In this document: positions 47,783 to 56,401 of the stretch, in pieces
Numbering within the stretch: the first letter of the stretch is position 1
Layout: every line of letters starts with the position of its first letter
Source: an uncultured Desulfobacteraceae bacterium
GTDB lineage: Bacteria > Desulfobacterota > Desulfobacteria > Desulfobacterales > UBA11574
Direction of reading: 5' to 3'
Assembly (NCBI GenBank): GCA_964492995.1
Contig: CAZBOB010000001.1
Span: 8,827-72,826 of the forward strand
DNA: 64,000 bases
Translations under genes and position numbers: made by a program
Notes under the pieces: model-generated
Database searches by the model: none
Told to the model about the DNA's origin: nothing
What the model saw: only the letters and a program-made list of their open reading frames with translations

Positions 47783-48577
47783 ATGGCGATAGATGTTAAA
47801 AATCTGAATTATTATTATGGAGATTTTCCGGCTTTGAAAAATGTTACCTTTTCTGTGGCAACGGGTAATTTTTTCATCATCATAGGTCCAAACGGTTCCG
47901 GAAAAACCACATTACTGAAAGTGATGGCCGGGATCTTGAAATCTCAAGCCGATCAACTGGAAATACTGAACCGTCCTGTTGATCACTATAGCCGCAAGGC
48001 TCTGGCACGAACCATTGCTTTTGTCCCTCAGATGATACCGGTCGATTTCCCTTTTACGGTAACCGAGATTGTACTTATGGGTCGATCCCCCTATCTCGGC
48101 ATGCTGGGACTCGAACAAGAAAAAGATTTGAAAATTGCAACGCAAGCGCTCGCTTTTACCGGCCTAGAACATCTGGCACATCGGAAATTAGACCAGTTAA
48201 GCGGCGGGGAACAGCAGCGGGTTTTTGTTGCAAAAGCCATTTGTCAGGAACCCGAAATTATTCTTCTGGATGAGCCCACTGCTTCTCTGGACCTTGCCCA
48301 CCAGGTCCGGCTCATGGATTTAATGGAAAAATTAAAAAATGAAAGGGGAATTACAGTGGTTATGGTTTCCCATGACGTAAATCTGGCGGCAATGTACGGC
48401 GATCGATTACTTTTACTCAATAAGGGGGAAATGGTGCGGTTGGGGGATCCAAGAGAGGTTCTCACATTCCAAACGTTGGAACAAGTTTATGGCTGCACAC
48501 TTTTGGTGGATGAGAGCCCTCTCGGTAAAACTCCGCGAGTGACTCCGGTACCCCGAAAATTTATAAATAGTGCCTGA
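47783..48577 (+). CDS. btuD: ABC-transporter ATPase
   Basis: Walker A GPNGSGKTT, ABC signature LSGGEQQRV, Walker B ILLDEPTASLD. Confidence 0.85.
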   Translation: MAIDVKNLNYYYGDFPALKNVTFSVATGNFFIIIGPNGSGKTTLLKVMAGILKSQADQLEILNRPVDHYSRKALARTIAFVPQMIPVDFPFTVTEIVLMGRSPYLGMLGLEQEKDLKIATQALAFTGLEHLAHRKLDQLSGGEQQRVFVAKAICQEPEIILLDEPTASLDLAHQVRLMDLMEKLKNERGITVVMVSHDVNLAAMYGDRLLLLNKGEMVRLGDPREVLTFQTLEQVYGCTLLVDESPLGKTPRVTPVPRKFINSA

Positions 48578-48710
48578 ACGAAAACTGTCTTTTCCGCCAA
48601 TATCTGCGTCAGACTCAAATTTTAATCCTCGAAATACTACCCGTATTCCTGTGGTTAAAATTTTCGTCTTCCTTGATCTTAACGAAAAATCCTAGTTTTC
48701 GCTCGGGCAC
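48570..48710 (+). repeat. Long-hairpin repeat, arm family D (ends GTGCCTGAACGAAAACT...AGTTTTCGCTCGGGCAC)
   Basis: Imperfect palindrome of about 140 bp with the apical core TTTAATCCTCGAAATACTACCCGTATTCCTGTGGTTAAA. Its first 8 nt include the btuD stop codon. Confidence 0.85.
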
Positions 48711-48800
48711 TAAATAAAAGCATGTAATGACGGAAGGTTAAAAATGATCTTATGAACCGATTTCCAAGTAATTTTATAGGAAGAGAGGGTTTAGGTAGAA

Positions 48801-49670
48801 ATGGAAAAAGATGAACTTCGAGCAAAAATCTATTCAAAGATAGACGAGATTCCAACACTTCCCGTAGTCATTCCTAAGCTTTTAACATTGATGGAAAGCG
48901 ACAAGACTGATGCCGCTGACATCGCCGATGTAATTTACCGTGATCCTGCTCTTACGTCAAAAATTCTGAAAGTCGCAAATTCTGCCTATTACGGTTTTTC
49001 AAAGGGAATATCAAGTCTTGAAAAAGCGGTGCCTCTGCTCGGTTTTAACATGGTCCAATCCCTGGCGTTATCCATCGGTGTCTTACGCAGCTTTCCCGCC
49101 GGGAAAAAATCGACCCATTTTTCACAACAGGATTTATGGATACACAGCTTAGCTGTGGCCACGGTTATGAAAGAACTGGGTAAAAGATTTGGTAAGGGAG
49201 ATGACCGGGAATATCTTTTTATCATCGGTCTTCTTCACGATATCGGCAAAATTGTTCTGGATCAGTATTTTGGAGAACTTTTTCATCGTGCCTTAGAAGA
49301 ATTTCATAATTTGGGAAATATCGAACTTCACCGAGCAGAAACTAGAAAAATCGGCGTTGATCATGGTGAGGTTGGTGCAATGCTTTTAACACGATGGAAA
49401 TTTCCTGATAAAATTTGTAATGCCATCGCCGTTCATCATCGATCAGAAATTCCGGAAGGAACAAATTCCGAGGATGTTGCCATGCTGCGAATTGCCGACG
49501 TCCTGGCCCATGAACTTTCTCTGGAAGAGGGAGAAAATCCCATGCCTCCCGAGATTCATGATGCTGATCTTAACATCTTTGAAATGGGTGAAAATCAACT
49601 GGAAGATATTAGAGCTTATTTATTAGACCTTAAAGATGGAATCTATGACTTTTACAGATCTATGAGTTGA
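48801..49670 (+). CDS. HDOD-domain signalling protein
   Basis: LPTLPVVIPKLLTLM...DPALTSKILKVANSAYYG...GLLHDIGKIVL...DHGEVGAMLL is the HDOD pattern. Confidence 0.8.
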   Translation: MEKDELRAKIYSKIDEIPTLPVVIPKLLTLMESDKTDAADIADVIYRDPALTSKILKVANSAYYGFSKGISSLEKAVPLLGFNMVQSLALSIGVLRSFPAGKKSTHFSQQDLWIHSLAVATVMKELGKRFGKGDDREYLFIIGLLHDIGKIVLDQYFGELFHRALEEFHNLGNIELHRAETRKIGVDHGEVGAMLLTRWKFPDKICNAIAVHHRSEIPEGTNSEDVAMLRIADVLAHELSLEEGENPMPPEIHDADLNIFEMGENQLEDIRAYLLDLKDGIYDFYRSMS

Positions 49671-51600
49671 CGATTTCTTCTTCCTTCCTGAAAGGTTCCA
49701 GCCACACCACATCATAAGGAAGCAGTGTAATACAAAGCTTTTGATCTTCGGTCATCCACTCCACCCCGCTTACAAGATCATACCAACGGTTTTCACCGGT
49801 GCCAAGCTGAGAAAGAGGAACCTCTATCCGGCAGACTTTGTTAGTGACATTGGTCAGGGTAAGAATAGACTGGTCACCTTCAGGAGAAATTCTTAAAACC
49901 GAAAATATATCGGAGGATGCCATTAAAACATGTTGATCCCCATTCGGATGGAAGGCACGTTTCTTTGTTCGGATGGCAATAAGCCTTCCGAACTCCCGGC
50001 TGATACGTGAGAGTTTTGAAAGAGGATCCTGCAGCGCTTCGGTAATCGCCCTGCCGTCGATCACCTTGCGGTTGATATCCCGTTTTGATTTCGTGGCCAG
50101 GACGGCCTCGATATCATTTTGAGTTCCAATCAGGCTGTGCATGTAAATTCCCGGAACGCCCTGAATAACCAGGGCAATTATCCTGGAAGCAACAAACCGT
50201 TTAACCTGAAAAGCGATATCCTCTTCGCTGTGCTCGTGATTAAGTGCGCTGAACCAGGTTATGTTGATCTCGTAAGGGACTTCATTTCCGTCTTCTCCGG
50301 TCTTGTAAGAAATGAGTCCGCCGTGATCTTCCGTCTTCTTAATAATGAAATCGATTTCTTCCTGCGGAAGGATGTTCTTGACCGCCATAACTCCTATACC
50401 ATCATGGGAGTCTAAAAAATTGAAGAAGCAAGTTGTTTTGGAAGGTGTCTTCAGATCTGCCGCCCACCTGGAAAGGACTGTGGTATCCTCTGAATAGAAT
50501 GTATACAACACAAGAGGGGGTAAGGCGAAATTGTATACCATTTGTGCTTCATCTCGACCATTACCGAAATATGAAATGTTTTCTTCATGGGGAACATTGG
50601 TTTCTGTTATCAAAGCCACACCGGGTGCCACAACATTCAAAATGTCACGAAAGATTTTAACGATTTCATGGGTCTGCTCCAGATGAACACACCGGGTCCC
50701 GGGTTCCGCCCACAGATAGGTTACCGCATCCAGACGAATAATTTCTGCTCCGTAACGCACATACATAAGCAGGATCTCGGCAACCCGCATAAGGACGTCG
50801 GGATTAGAATAATTGAGATCGATCTGATCAGCAGAAAATGTGGTCCAGACATGGCGTGTACCATTGATGGTCTTGTACTCCGAAAGGATGTCAGAGGTTC
50901 GAGGACGGAAGATCATACTGCGTTGCTCTGTCGTGAGTTCAGCTGGAGACGAAAAATGTATAAAAAAATCCCAGTAATAGGGATTGCCGTTCAAAAATTC
51001 CTGAAACCAGCGGCTTTTGGCTGAAATATGGTTGATGACCCCGTCAAACATGAGCTGGTAATGATGTTGCAGTTCAGCAATGTCATCCCAGGTCCCCAGA
51101 TTAGGATCCACTGTTTCAAAGTCTATGATAGAAAACCCTCTGTCCGAAGAGTACGGAAAGAAGGGGAGTATATGGATGGTATTGATCGTCCCCTCCAGAT
51201 ATGTATCACAGAATTTAGCCAGCGTAGCCAGGGGAGAACGCTCTTCACCGCGTAAAAGGTCACCGTATGTGATAAGAATGATATCCTTTTCAGTAAACCG
51301 CTCTTCAGGATCGAGCCCGCTTTCTATTTCGATCATTTCCAGAGCTTTATGTGCATAATAGACATCAATGATTCGTTCCAGTTCGGGCATATAGGCCTTT
51401 GCAACGGTTTCCCCGTAAATAAAAGCCAGCCTGGCGAATATACGATCTCTGGTTTCTGATGGAATTTTTAAAACAGGCCTTGAATAATCCGGTTCTTCAT
51501 TATGGGCGATTTTGGTGGTCTCAAAGCCTTTTCCAAGACAGGTCATTTTGCGGGTCCTCGTAGCAAAGTCATCTTTTAGATTTGTGTACGAAACCGTCAA
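49660..51600 (-). CDS. GH13 sucrose-phosphorylase-family sugar phosphorylase with N-terminal extension
   Basis: Alpha-amylase-family motifs (DGVINH, IIRLDAVTYLW, ALITETNVPH, FNFLDSHDGIG). The start is uncertain (TTG at 51600, ATG at 51546). Confidence 0.75.
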   Translation of the reverse strand: MTVSYTNLKDDFATRTRKMTCLGKGFETTKIAHNEEPDYSRPVLKIPSETRDRIFARLAFIYGETVAKAYMPELERIIDVYYAHKALEMIEIESGLDPEERFTEKDIILITYGDLLRGEERSPLATLAKFCDTYLEGTINTIHILPFFPYSSDRGFSIIDFETVDPNLGTWDDIAELQHHYQLMFDGVINHISAKSRWFQEFLNGNPYYWDFFIHFSSPAELTTEQRSMIFRPRTSDILSEYKTINGTRHVWTTFSADQIDLNYSNPDVLMRVAEILLMYVRYGAEIIRLDAVTYLWAEPGTRCVHLEQTHEIVKIFRDILNVVAPGVALITETNVPHEENISYFGNGRDEAQMVYNFALPPLVLYTFYSEDTTVLSRWAADLKTPSKTTCFFNFLDSHDGIGVMAVKNILPQEEIDFIIKKTEDHGGLISYKTGEDGNEVPYEINITWFSALNHEHSEEDIAFQVKRFVASRIIALVIQGVPGIYMHSLIGTQNDIEAVLATKSKRDINRKVIDGRAITEALQDPLSKLSRISREFGRLIAIRTKKRAFHPNGDQHVLMASSDIFSVLRISPEGDQSILTLTNVTNKVCRIEVPLSQLGTGENRWYDLVSGVEWMTEDQKLCITLLPYDVVWLEPFRKEEEIVNS

Positions 51601-51726
51601 CGTTGCTCATCTATTATATCGACAATTATTATGAAAACTTAAGGAACGAGTGAGTTGGCTTCGCTCAACTTAGATAATATTTTTCTTGACGTAGCTGTCT
51701 TATTTAGTCTAAATAGTCTTTGTTTT

Positions 51727-51955
51727 GTTCAGATGCTCGCTTTGAGCTTAATAGGGAACCCCGTTTTAATCGGGGACGGGCCCGCCGCTGTAGTCGGGGA
51801 CGAACGCCGTTTAAATCCACTGGAAATTGTCATAGTCTCTGTTATTTGTCTTAACCAATAACAAAACGACCAATGACACCGGGTGTGTTATTCACATCAG
51901 GTCCGGGAAGGTACGGTTAGTAGAAAGATCCGAGAGTCAGAAGACCTGTCTGAAC
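51727..51955 (+). promoter_or_regulatory. Cobalamin riboswitch 2 (paralog of riboswitch 1)
   Basis: Same P1 (GTTCAG/CTGAAC) and the same core AATAGGGAACCCCGTTTTAATCGGGGACGGGCCCGCCGCTGTA. B12 box AGTCAGAAGACCTGTC. The peripheral insert is longer. Confidence 0.8.
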
Positions 51956-52012
51956 TTAAAGGCGAAATCATCGTGGCTGAGATTCGCCGCAAGATCTTGA
52001 GGATAAAAAAGG

Positions 52013-52058
52013 GAAATCCCCGGATCGATTTTAAATCGGTCCGGGGATTTTTTTTGGT
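52013..52058 (+). terminator. Riboswitch 2 expression-platform terminator
   Basis: AAATCCCCGGATCGATTT / AAATCGGTCCGGGGATTT long stem followed by TTTTTT. Confidence 0.75.
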
Positions 52059-52061
52059 TTT

Positions 52062-52205
52062 TTTAAAGGGAAGGAAGTGTGAATCTTCCGCTGCCCCGCA
52101 ACTGTGATCGCGACGAAAGCAGCATTATACCACTGCCCTGTTTGCAAACAGGATGGGAAGGCGCTGCCGGTAGGATGAACGAAAGCCAGGAGACCTGGAC
52201 GAAAC
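52062..52205 (+). promoter_or_regulatory. Cobalamin riboswitch 3 (classical compact type) with an SD-sequestering helix
   Basis: AAAGGGAAGGAAGTGTGAATCTTCCGCTGCCCCGCAACTGTGA ... CCACTG ... GGGAAGGC ... B12 box AGCCAGGAGACCTGG. Downstream, CCTTCCTC-GAG-GGAGGAAAGG can pair across the AGGAGG of the receptor gene. Confidence 0.8.
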
Positions 52206-52248
52206 CTAAACTTTCACCACCTTCCTCGAGGGAGGAAAGGAGGTTTTT

Positions 52249-54393
52249 ATGAAACGTTTTATTTTGTTCTTTTTCTTGGCTGTTTTTTTCTGTAGCTCTT
52301 TATTGGTTGTGTCATCAGTAAACAGGGCATTGGCCCAAAATGGTGAGGAAAAAATAGTGAAGCTGGATGAGATTGTGGTGACAGCTCCTCGCAAAACAAT
52401 GGTGATCGATACCCCTGCATCGATTTCGGTGATTACCGCTCAGGAGCTGGAGGAGCAAGGGATCAAGAATATAGGGGATGCCATTGTCAGGATTCCGGGC
52501 GCCTATGATGACGGCGCATCAAAATACTATTTCAGCATGAGAGGAACACGCAGTTCCTCCACTGGAGGTCCACTCGTGTTGATCGACGGGGTCCCGCAAA
52601 ATATGGGTATGTCTGACTACAACTACTTTGAGACGATTCCGGTGTCGGATATTGATCGCATTGAGATCCTTCGCTCTCCTGCTTCAACGGTCTTTGGCGC
52701 TGACTCAGCCCGTGGAGTGATCAGCATTATCACCAAAAAAGGCAAGAAGGATCAGCCCTTCAGCGTTAAGGCCAAGACATCTTACGGGTCCTGGCAAACC
52801 TCCGACACATATGCGACCTTATCCGGCGCCGTGGATAACTGGGATTTTTTCGTAAATGGCACCTTCATGGATACGGAAGGCTACGTACACGATGACCAGA
52901 GGCGTGCCGCAGGCCGCTTCAAAGGAGGCTATAGTTTTTCGGATCATGCCAGACTGGGAATTAATCTCGGGTATACTGATAACGATTACGAGATGGTGAG
53001 AGGCAAAAACAAATATGCCCTCGAAATAGATCGCCGGGCTGATGAATTTAAAGAGAAACCGACTGCGGAAAAGACATCGTATAACGAAAATGAACAGGAT
53101 GTTTCCAGCTATGCGCTTGATTTCAGCTACAAAAACAGCGGATTATTCTTGGATTCTCTTGCCGCGGTGACACTTTTTGATAAAGAAGCTAAGTATAACT
53201 GTTATCAGTATACTAAACCCAAAAACGTTTATAATGATGACCGCGATCAGAATAGATATAAATTTGATCTCTCCGGAGGATATAACTTCGGCGAGGATTT
53301 CTTTAAGTATACCCCCGTATTGGGATTCAACGTAGAAAAAACTGCGCTTGAACAGCGCCGCGATTATTTTAACGACCCGGTTGGCAAAGCCGCCAGCAAA
53401 AGGAAGGCAGATATTGACTATGATCAGGAAAAGTTCGGTATATTCTTGCAGAATCAGCTGCTCTTCGGCGATAACTGGGAGCTGAATTTAGGTGTCAGAT
53501 GGGATAAGGTAACCTATGATGTCAAAAATAAAAATGGTGACAGTATCGATAAAGATCACACTGAATATTCCTGGTCTGTTGCGCCTGCATATCACTGGAA
53601 TGATCGGGCCACCACATACGCATCGGTCGGCAAATCATACTGGTACCCGGCAGCCTATTATTACCAGGCGGCTATGGAGAAGATGAATCCGGAAAACCTC
53701 CCCCAGGATTTGGAACCGGAGAGCAGCATGGTTTACGAAATAGGCCATAAGCATAGCCTGGCAAGATGGGCAAACATTAATCTTACACTCTTTTGGATGG
53801 ATTATGAGGATAAATTTGCTATATTCTATGATGAGACACAGACATATGCGGGATACAAAAACGTTGGCGACGCAGAGCACAAGGGGATTGAACTGGAGAT
53901 GGATGGAAGGATCTGCCGTTGGTTCGGCTACAGGCTGTCCGGTACCTATATGGAGGCTGAATGGACCAGTGGCAGGGAGCGAGTTTATACCTGGGAAACC
54001 CTGACAAGCAAGGACTTTCGCAACCTTGATGGAAAGGAGCTGAACAGGATTTCCAATTACAAATATATGGTCGGGTTCGATTTTTATCCCATAAGAAATC
54101 TGAAGTGCAACCTCGACATTAATGGAACCGGGCCCTATTGGGTGGATTATTTGAACCGCATCGAGTATGGCGCAAAGACCACGTTTGATATGGGCATCCG
54201 TTACGAGTTAAAAAAGTGGTCCTTCTGGGCCCTGGGAAAAAACATCTTCGATAGGGAGATAGAATCGGTCTACAATTCAAGTGGTGAACTAAATTCAACT
54301 TCGGCTGAAATAGAGCGGAACGGCAAGTATGCCAATCTTTACTATCCCAGGAATGGCCAGTATTTTGAGGTTGGTGTCACATACCACTTTTAA
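52249..54393 (+). CDS. TonB-dependent outer-membrane receptor (BtuB-like by context)
   Basis: Signal peptide, TonB-box-like DEIVVTA, plug motifs (IEILRSPASTVFGADSARGVISIITKKG), and a 22-strand-size barrel ending ...VGVTYHF. Preceded by B12 riboswitches. Confidence 0.85.
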   Translation: MKRFILFFFLAVFFCSSLLVVSSVNRALAQNGEEKIVKLDEIVVTAPRKTMVIDTPASISVITAQELEEQGIKNIGDAIVRIPGAYDDGASKYYFSMRGTRSSSTGGPLVLIDGVPQNMGMSDYNYFETIPVSDIDRIEILRSPASTVFGADSARGVISIITKKGKKDQPFSVKAKTSYGSWQTSDTYATLSGAVDNWDFFVNGTFMDTEGYVHDDQRRAAGRFKGGYSFSDHARLGINLGYTDNDYEMVRGKNKYALEIDRRADEFKEKPTAEKTSYNENEQDVSSYALDFSYKNSGLFLDSLAAVTLFDKEAKYNCYQYTKPKNVYNDDRDQNRYKFDLSGGYNFGEDFFKYTPVLGFNVEKTALEQRRDYFNDPVGKAASKRKADIDYDQEKFGIFLQNQLLFGDNWELNLGVRWDKVTYDVKNKNGDSIDKDHTEYSWSVAPAYHWNDRATTYASVGKSYWYPAAYYYQAAMEKMNPENLPQDLEPESSMVYEIGHKHSLARWANINLTLFWMDYEDKFAIFYDETQTYAGYKNVGDAEHKGIELEMDGRICRWFGYRLSGTYMEAEWTSGRERVYTWETLTSKDFRNLDGKELNRISNYKYMVGFDFYPIRNLKCNLDINGTGPYWVDYLNRIEYGAKTTFDMGIRYELKKWSFWALGKNIFDREIESVYNSSGELNSTSAEIERNGKYANLYYPRNGQYFEVGVTYHF

Positions 54394-54611
54394 TTGGGAA
54401 CAGCAAAGCACGGGGTGGATTTTAAGGTATCCGAGGTAAGCGGGAACAAGGTTAATACGAGGCAGGAAGAAATGTGGGGAGCGTAGCGACGAAGCAATCC
54501 CCTCACTAAGAGATTGCATCGTCCGCCAAAGCACTCTGGCGGACTCGCAATGACAGGACTAATAATAATTTTCAAATACCCTTGCGAAATTCGGGATAAT
54601 TCGGAAGCTAA

Positions 54612-55370
54612 ATGACAATGTTAAAACAATTATGGATAACCGGTGTCCTGATCGCTTTTTCTGTCTTTGGAATAAAAGTAGGTTTGGGTCTGGGAGCTCA
54701 GATATACAACAGGACCGTGCCCCCCGGTAAAAAAGTCATCTTTCTTGCCGGATGCCTTTTTATCTATCTGATCCTTTTTTTCTGCCTCTATTACGTGATT
54801 ACCCATTTTAATTTGTTAAATTATTTGGATCAGTTTGTAAATATGCTTCAATACGGCATGCTGCTTCATTTAGCAGTGGCTCTTGGGCTTCTTCTCTGGG
54901 GAGGCAAGTTGCTCCTCCAAAACCCTGCTGAACACATGCATCTTCCCTTTCGGGCCAGTTTGCTCCTGATTGTGCCCTGCCCGGTATGCGCCACGGTTAT
55001 CCTGCTCAACCTTTCTTTGGCCTGTTCGCTTTTTGCCGTTTCCCCCTTCCTGACCACGCTGACCCTTTTTGTCCTTTTTAGCAGTATTATAGTTCTGACC
55101 GTTGGCCTGGTCTTTCCGTTCCGTCATAAGATCGCATCCGGCAGTTCTTTTTTGGGGTTGGCAATGGTATTGGTTTCCCTCTATTTTCTTATTACTGTCA
55201 TCATAGCTCCCATATATCCAGAAATAAAATCCGCGTTTGCCATGGCTATTTCCAACAGCCCGGTAAGTCAGATAGACCTTTTTCACACGGCTATTTTAGG
55301 AGTGATTGTCTTTATTCTTGGATGTGCCGGATTCATAAAGACTTACATTGCAAAAGGAGGAATTAAGTGA
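54612..55370 (+). CDS. Polytopic membrane protein with intramembrane CPxC motif (DUF2162-like by recollection)
   Basis: 252 aa with about 7 hydrophobic segments. LLLIVPCPVCATVILL places PCPVC inside a predicted helix. Has a 4-nt overlap with the next gene. Confidence 0.6.
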   Translation: MTMLKQLWITGVLIAFSVFGIKVGLGLGAQIYNRTVPPGKKVIFLAGCLFIYLILFFCLYYVITHFNLLNYLDQFVNMLQYGMLLHLAVALGLLLWGGKLLLQNPAEHMHLPFRASLLLIVPCPVCATVILLNLSLACSLFAVSPFLTTLTLFVLFSSIIVLTVGLVFPFRHKIASGSSFLGLAMVLVSLYFLITVIIAPIYPEIKSAFAMAISNSPVSQIDLFHTAILGVIVFILGCAGFIKTYIAKGGIK

Positions 55371-55990
55371 ACATCTTTCCAGCGTTTCAAACGATCCTGT
55401 ATACGATTTCAACCGCCCTGCTTTACCCTGTGGTAATCCTGCTCATTATTCTCTGTCTCTGGCTGATGGGGTATTTAGGGGGCTTTATGGCGGAATGGGT
55501 AAAGCGAAGACATTTTCGTTCAAATGATCCCCTGGCAGGTTGTCTGGAAACGATTCAAAAAGCAGAGTACTTTCCGTCTGAAATCGGTGAAAATCTGCCT
55601 CTCCATATCACACACTATGCAAAGGAATTAGAAGAGATTATCAAGGGTGACGGCCTGTTCATAGAAGAACAGGTGGAAGATCTGAATCAACGCAAAGAAC
55701 ATTCACTGATCAGGGAAGTGGACAAGATACGCCTAATCGTGCGCATCGGTCCGAGTCTCGGGCTTATGGGTACACTTATTCCCATGGGCACAGGCCTCGC
55801 CGGTCTGACCCAGGGAAACATGGCGCAGCTTTCTTCCAGTCTTATTCTGGCCTTTACAACAACGGTTGTGGGGCTGGCCATTGGAATCACGGCCCATTTC
55901 TTTTCCGTTGTCAAAGAACGCTGGGTCACCGAAGATATGCGTCATATAAACCTGATCACAGAAGCCATGACACAGAACATTAAATCTTGA
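55367..55990 (+). CDS. MotA/TolQ/ExbB-family proton-channel protein
   Basis: IGPSLGLMGTLIPMGTGL...LSSSLILAFTTTVVGLAIGITAHFF matches the conserved C-terminal two-helix signature of the ExbB/TolQ family. Confidence 0.8.
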   Translation: MNIFPAFQTILYTISTALLYPVVILLIILCLWLMGYLGGFMAEWVKRRHFRSNDPLAGCLETIQKAEYFPSEIGENLPLHITHYAKELEEIIKGDGLFIEEQVEDLNQRKEHSLIREVDKIRLIVRIGPSLGLMGTLIPMGTGLAGLTQGNMAQLSSSLILAFTTTVVGLAIGITAHFFSVVKERWVTEDMRHINLITEAMTQNIKS

Positions 55991-56056
55991 AAATTGAGCA
56001 ATAGTCAATTCCTTAATTTCTTCCCTCTTTGCAAAGGGGGATCGAGGGGGATTTAA

Positions 56057-56401
56057 ATGAAATACCTAAAAAATAGCCGCCGGGGACGTTTGGGAAAAGC
56101 AAAGCAGGAAGATCCTTTGCTCGGTGTAGCGAATCTTTTTGACGTTGCCCTGGTATTCATTGTGGCGCTCCTTCTTTCCCTCATGGCAACTTACCAGATT
56201 TTGGATTTCTTCTCTGAAAAGAGTGAGATTACTATTGTAAAAAAGAATGAAGATGGGCAAATGGAGATTATCACCAAAAAAGGCAAAGAGATTAAGATAG
56301 AAAAAGTAACCGACAGGAAAATTGGCGGAGAAGAAGGAACTAAGTTGGGGACAGCTTATCAACTAAAAGATGGAAGGATGATTTATGTTCCGGAAGAATA
56401 A
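56057..56401 (+). CDS. Single-pass protein with ExbD/TolR-like topology (DUF2149-like by recollection)
   Basis: 114 aa. A basic N-terminus, then NLFDVALVFIVALLLSL (compare the ExbD motif IDV..VLLIFF), then a small soluble domain. Overlaps the next gene by 17 nt. Confidence 0.55.
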   Translation: MKYLKNSRRGRLGKAKQEDPLLGVANLFDVALVFIVALLLSLMATYQILDFFSEKSEITIVKKNEDGQMEIITKKGKEIKIEKVTDRKIGGEEGTKLGTAYQLKDGRMIYVPEE

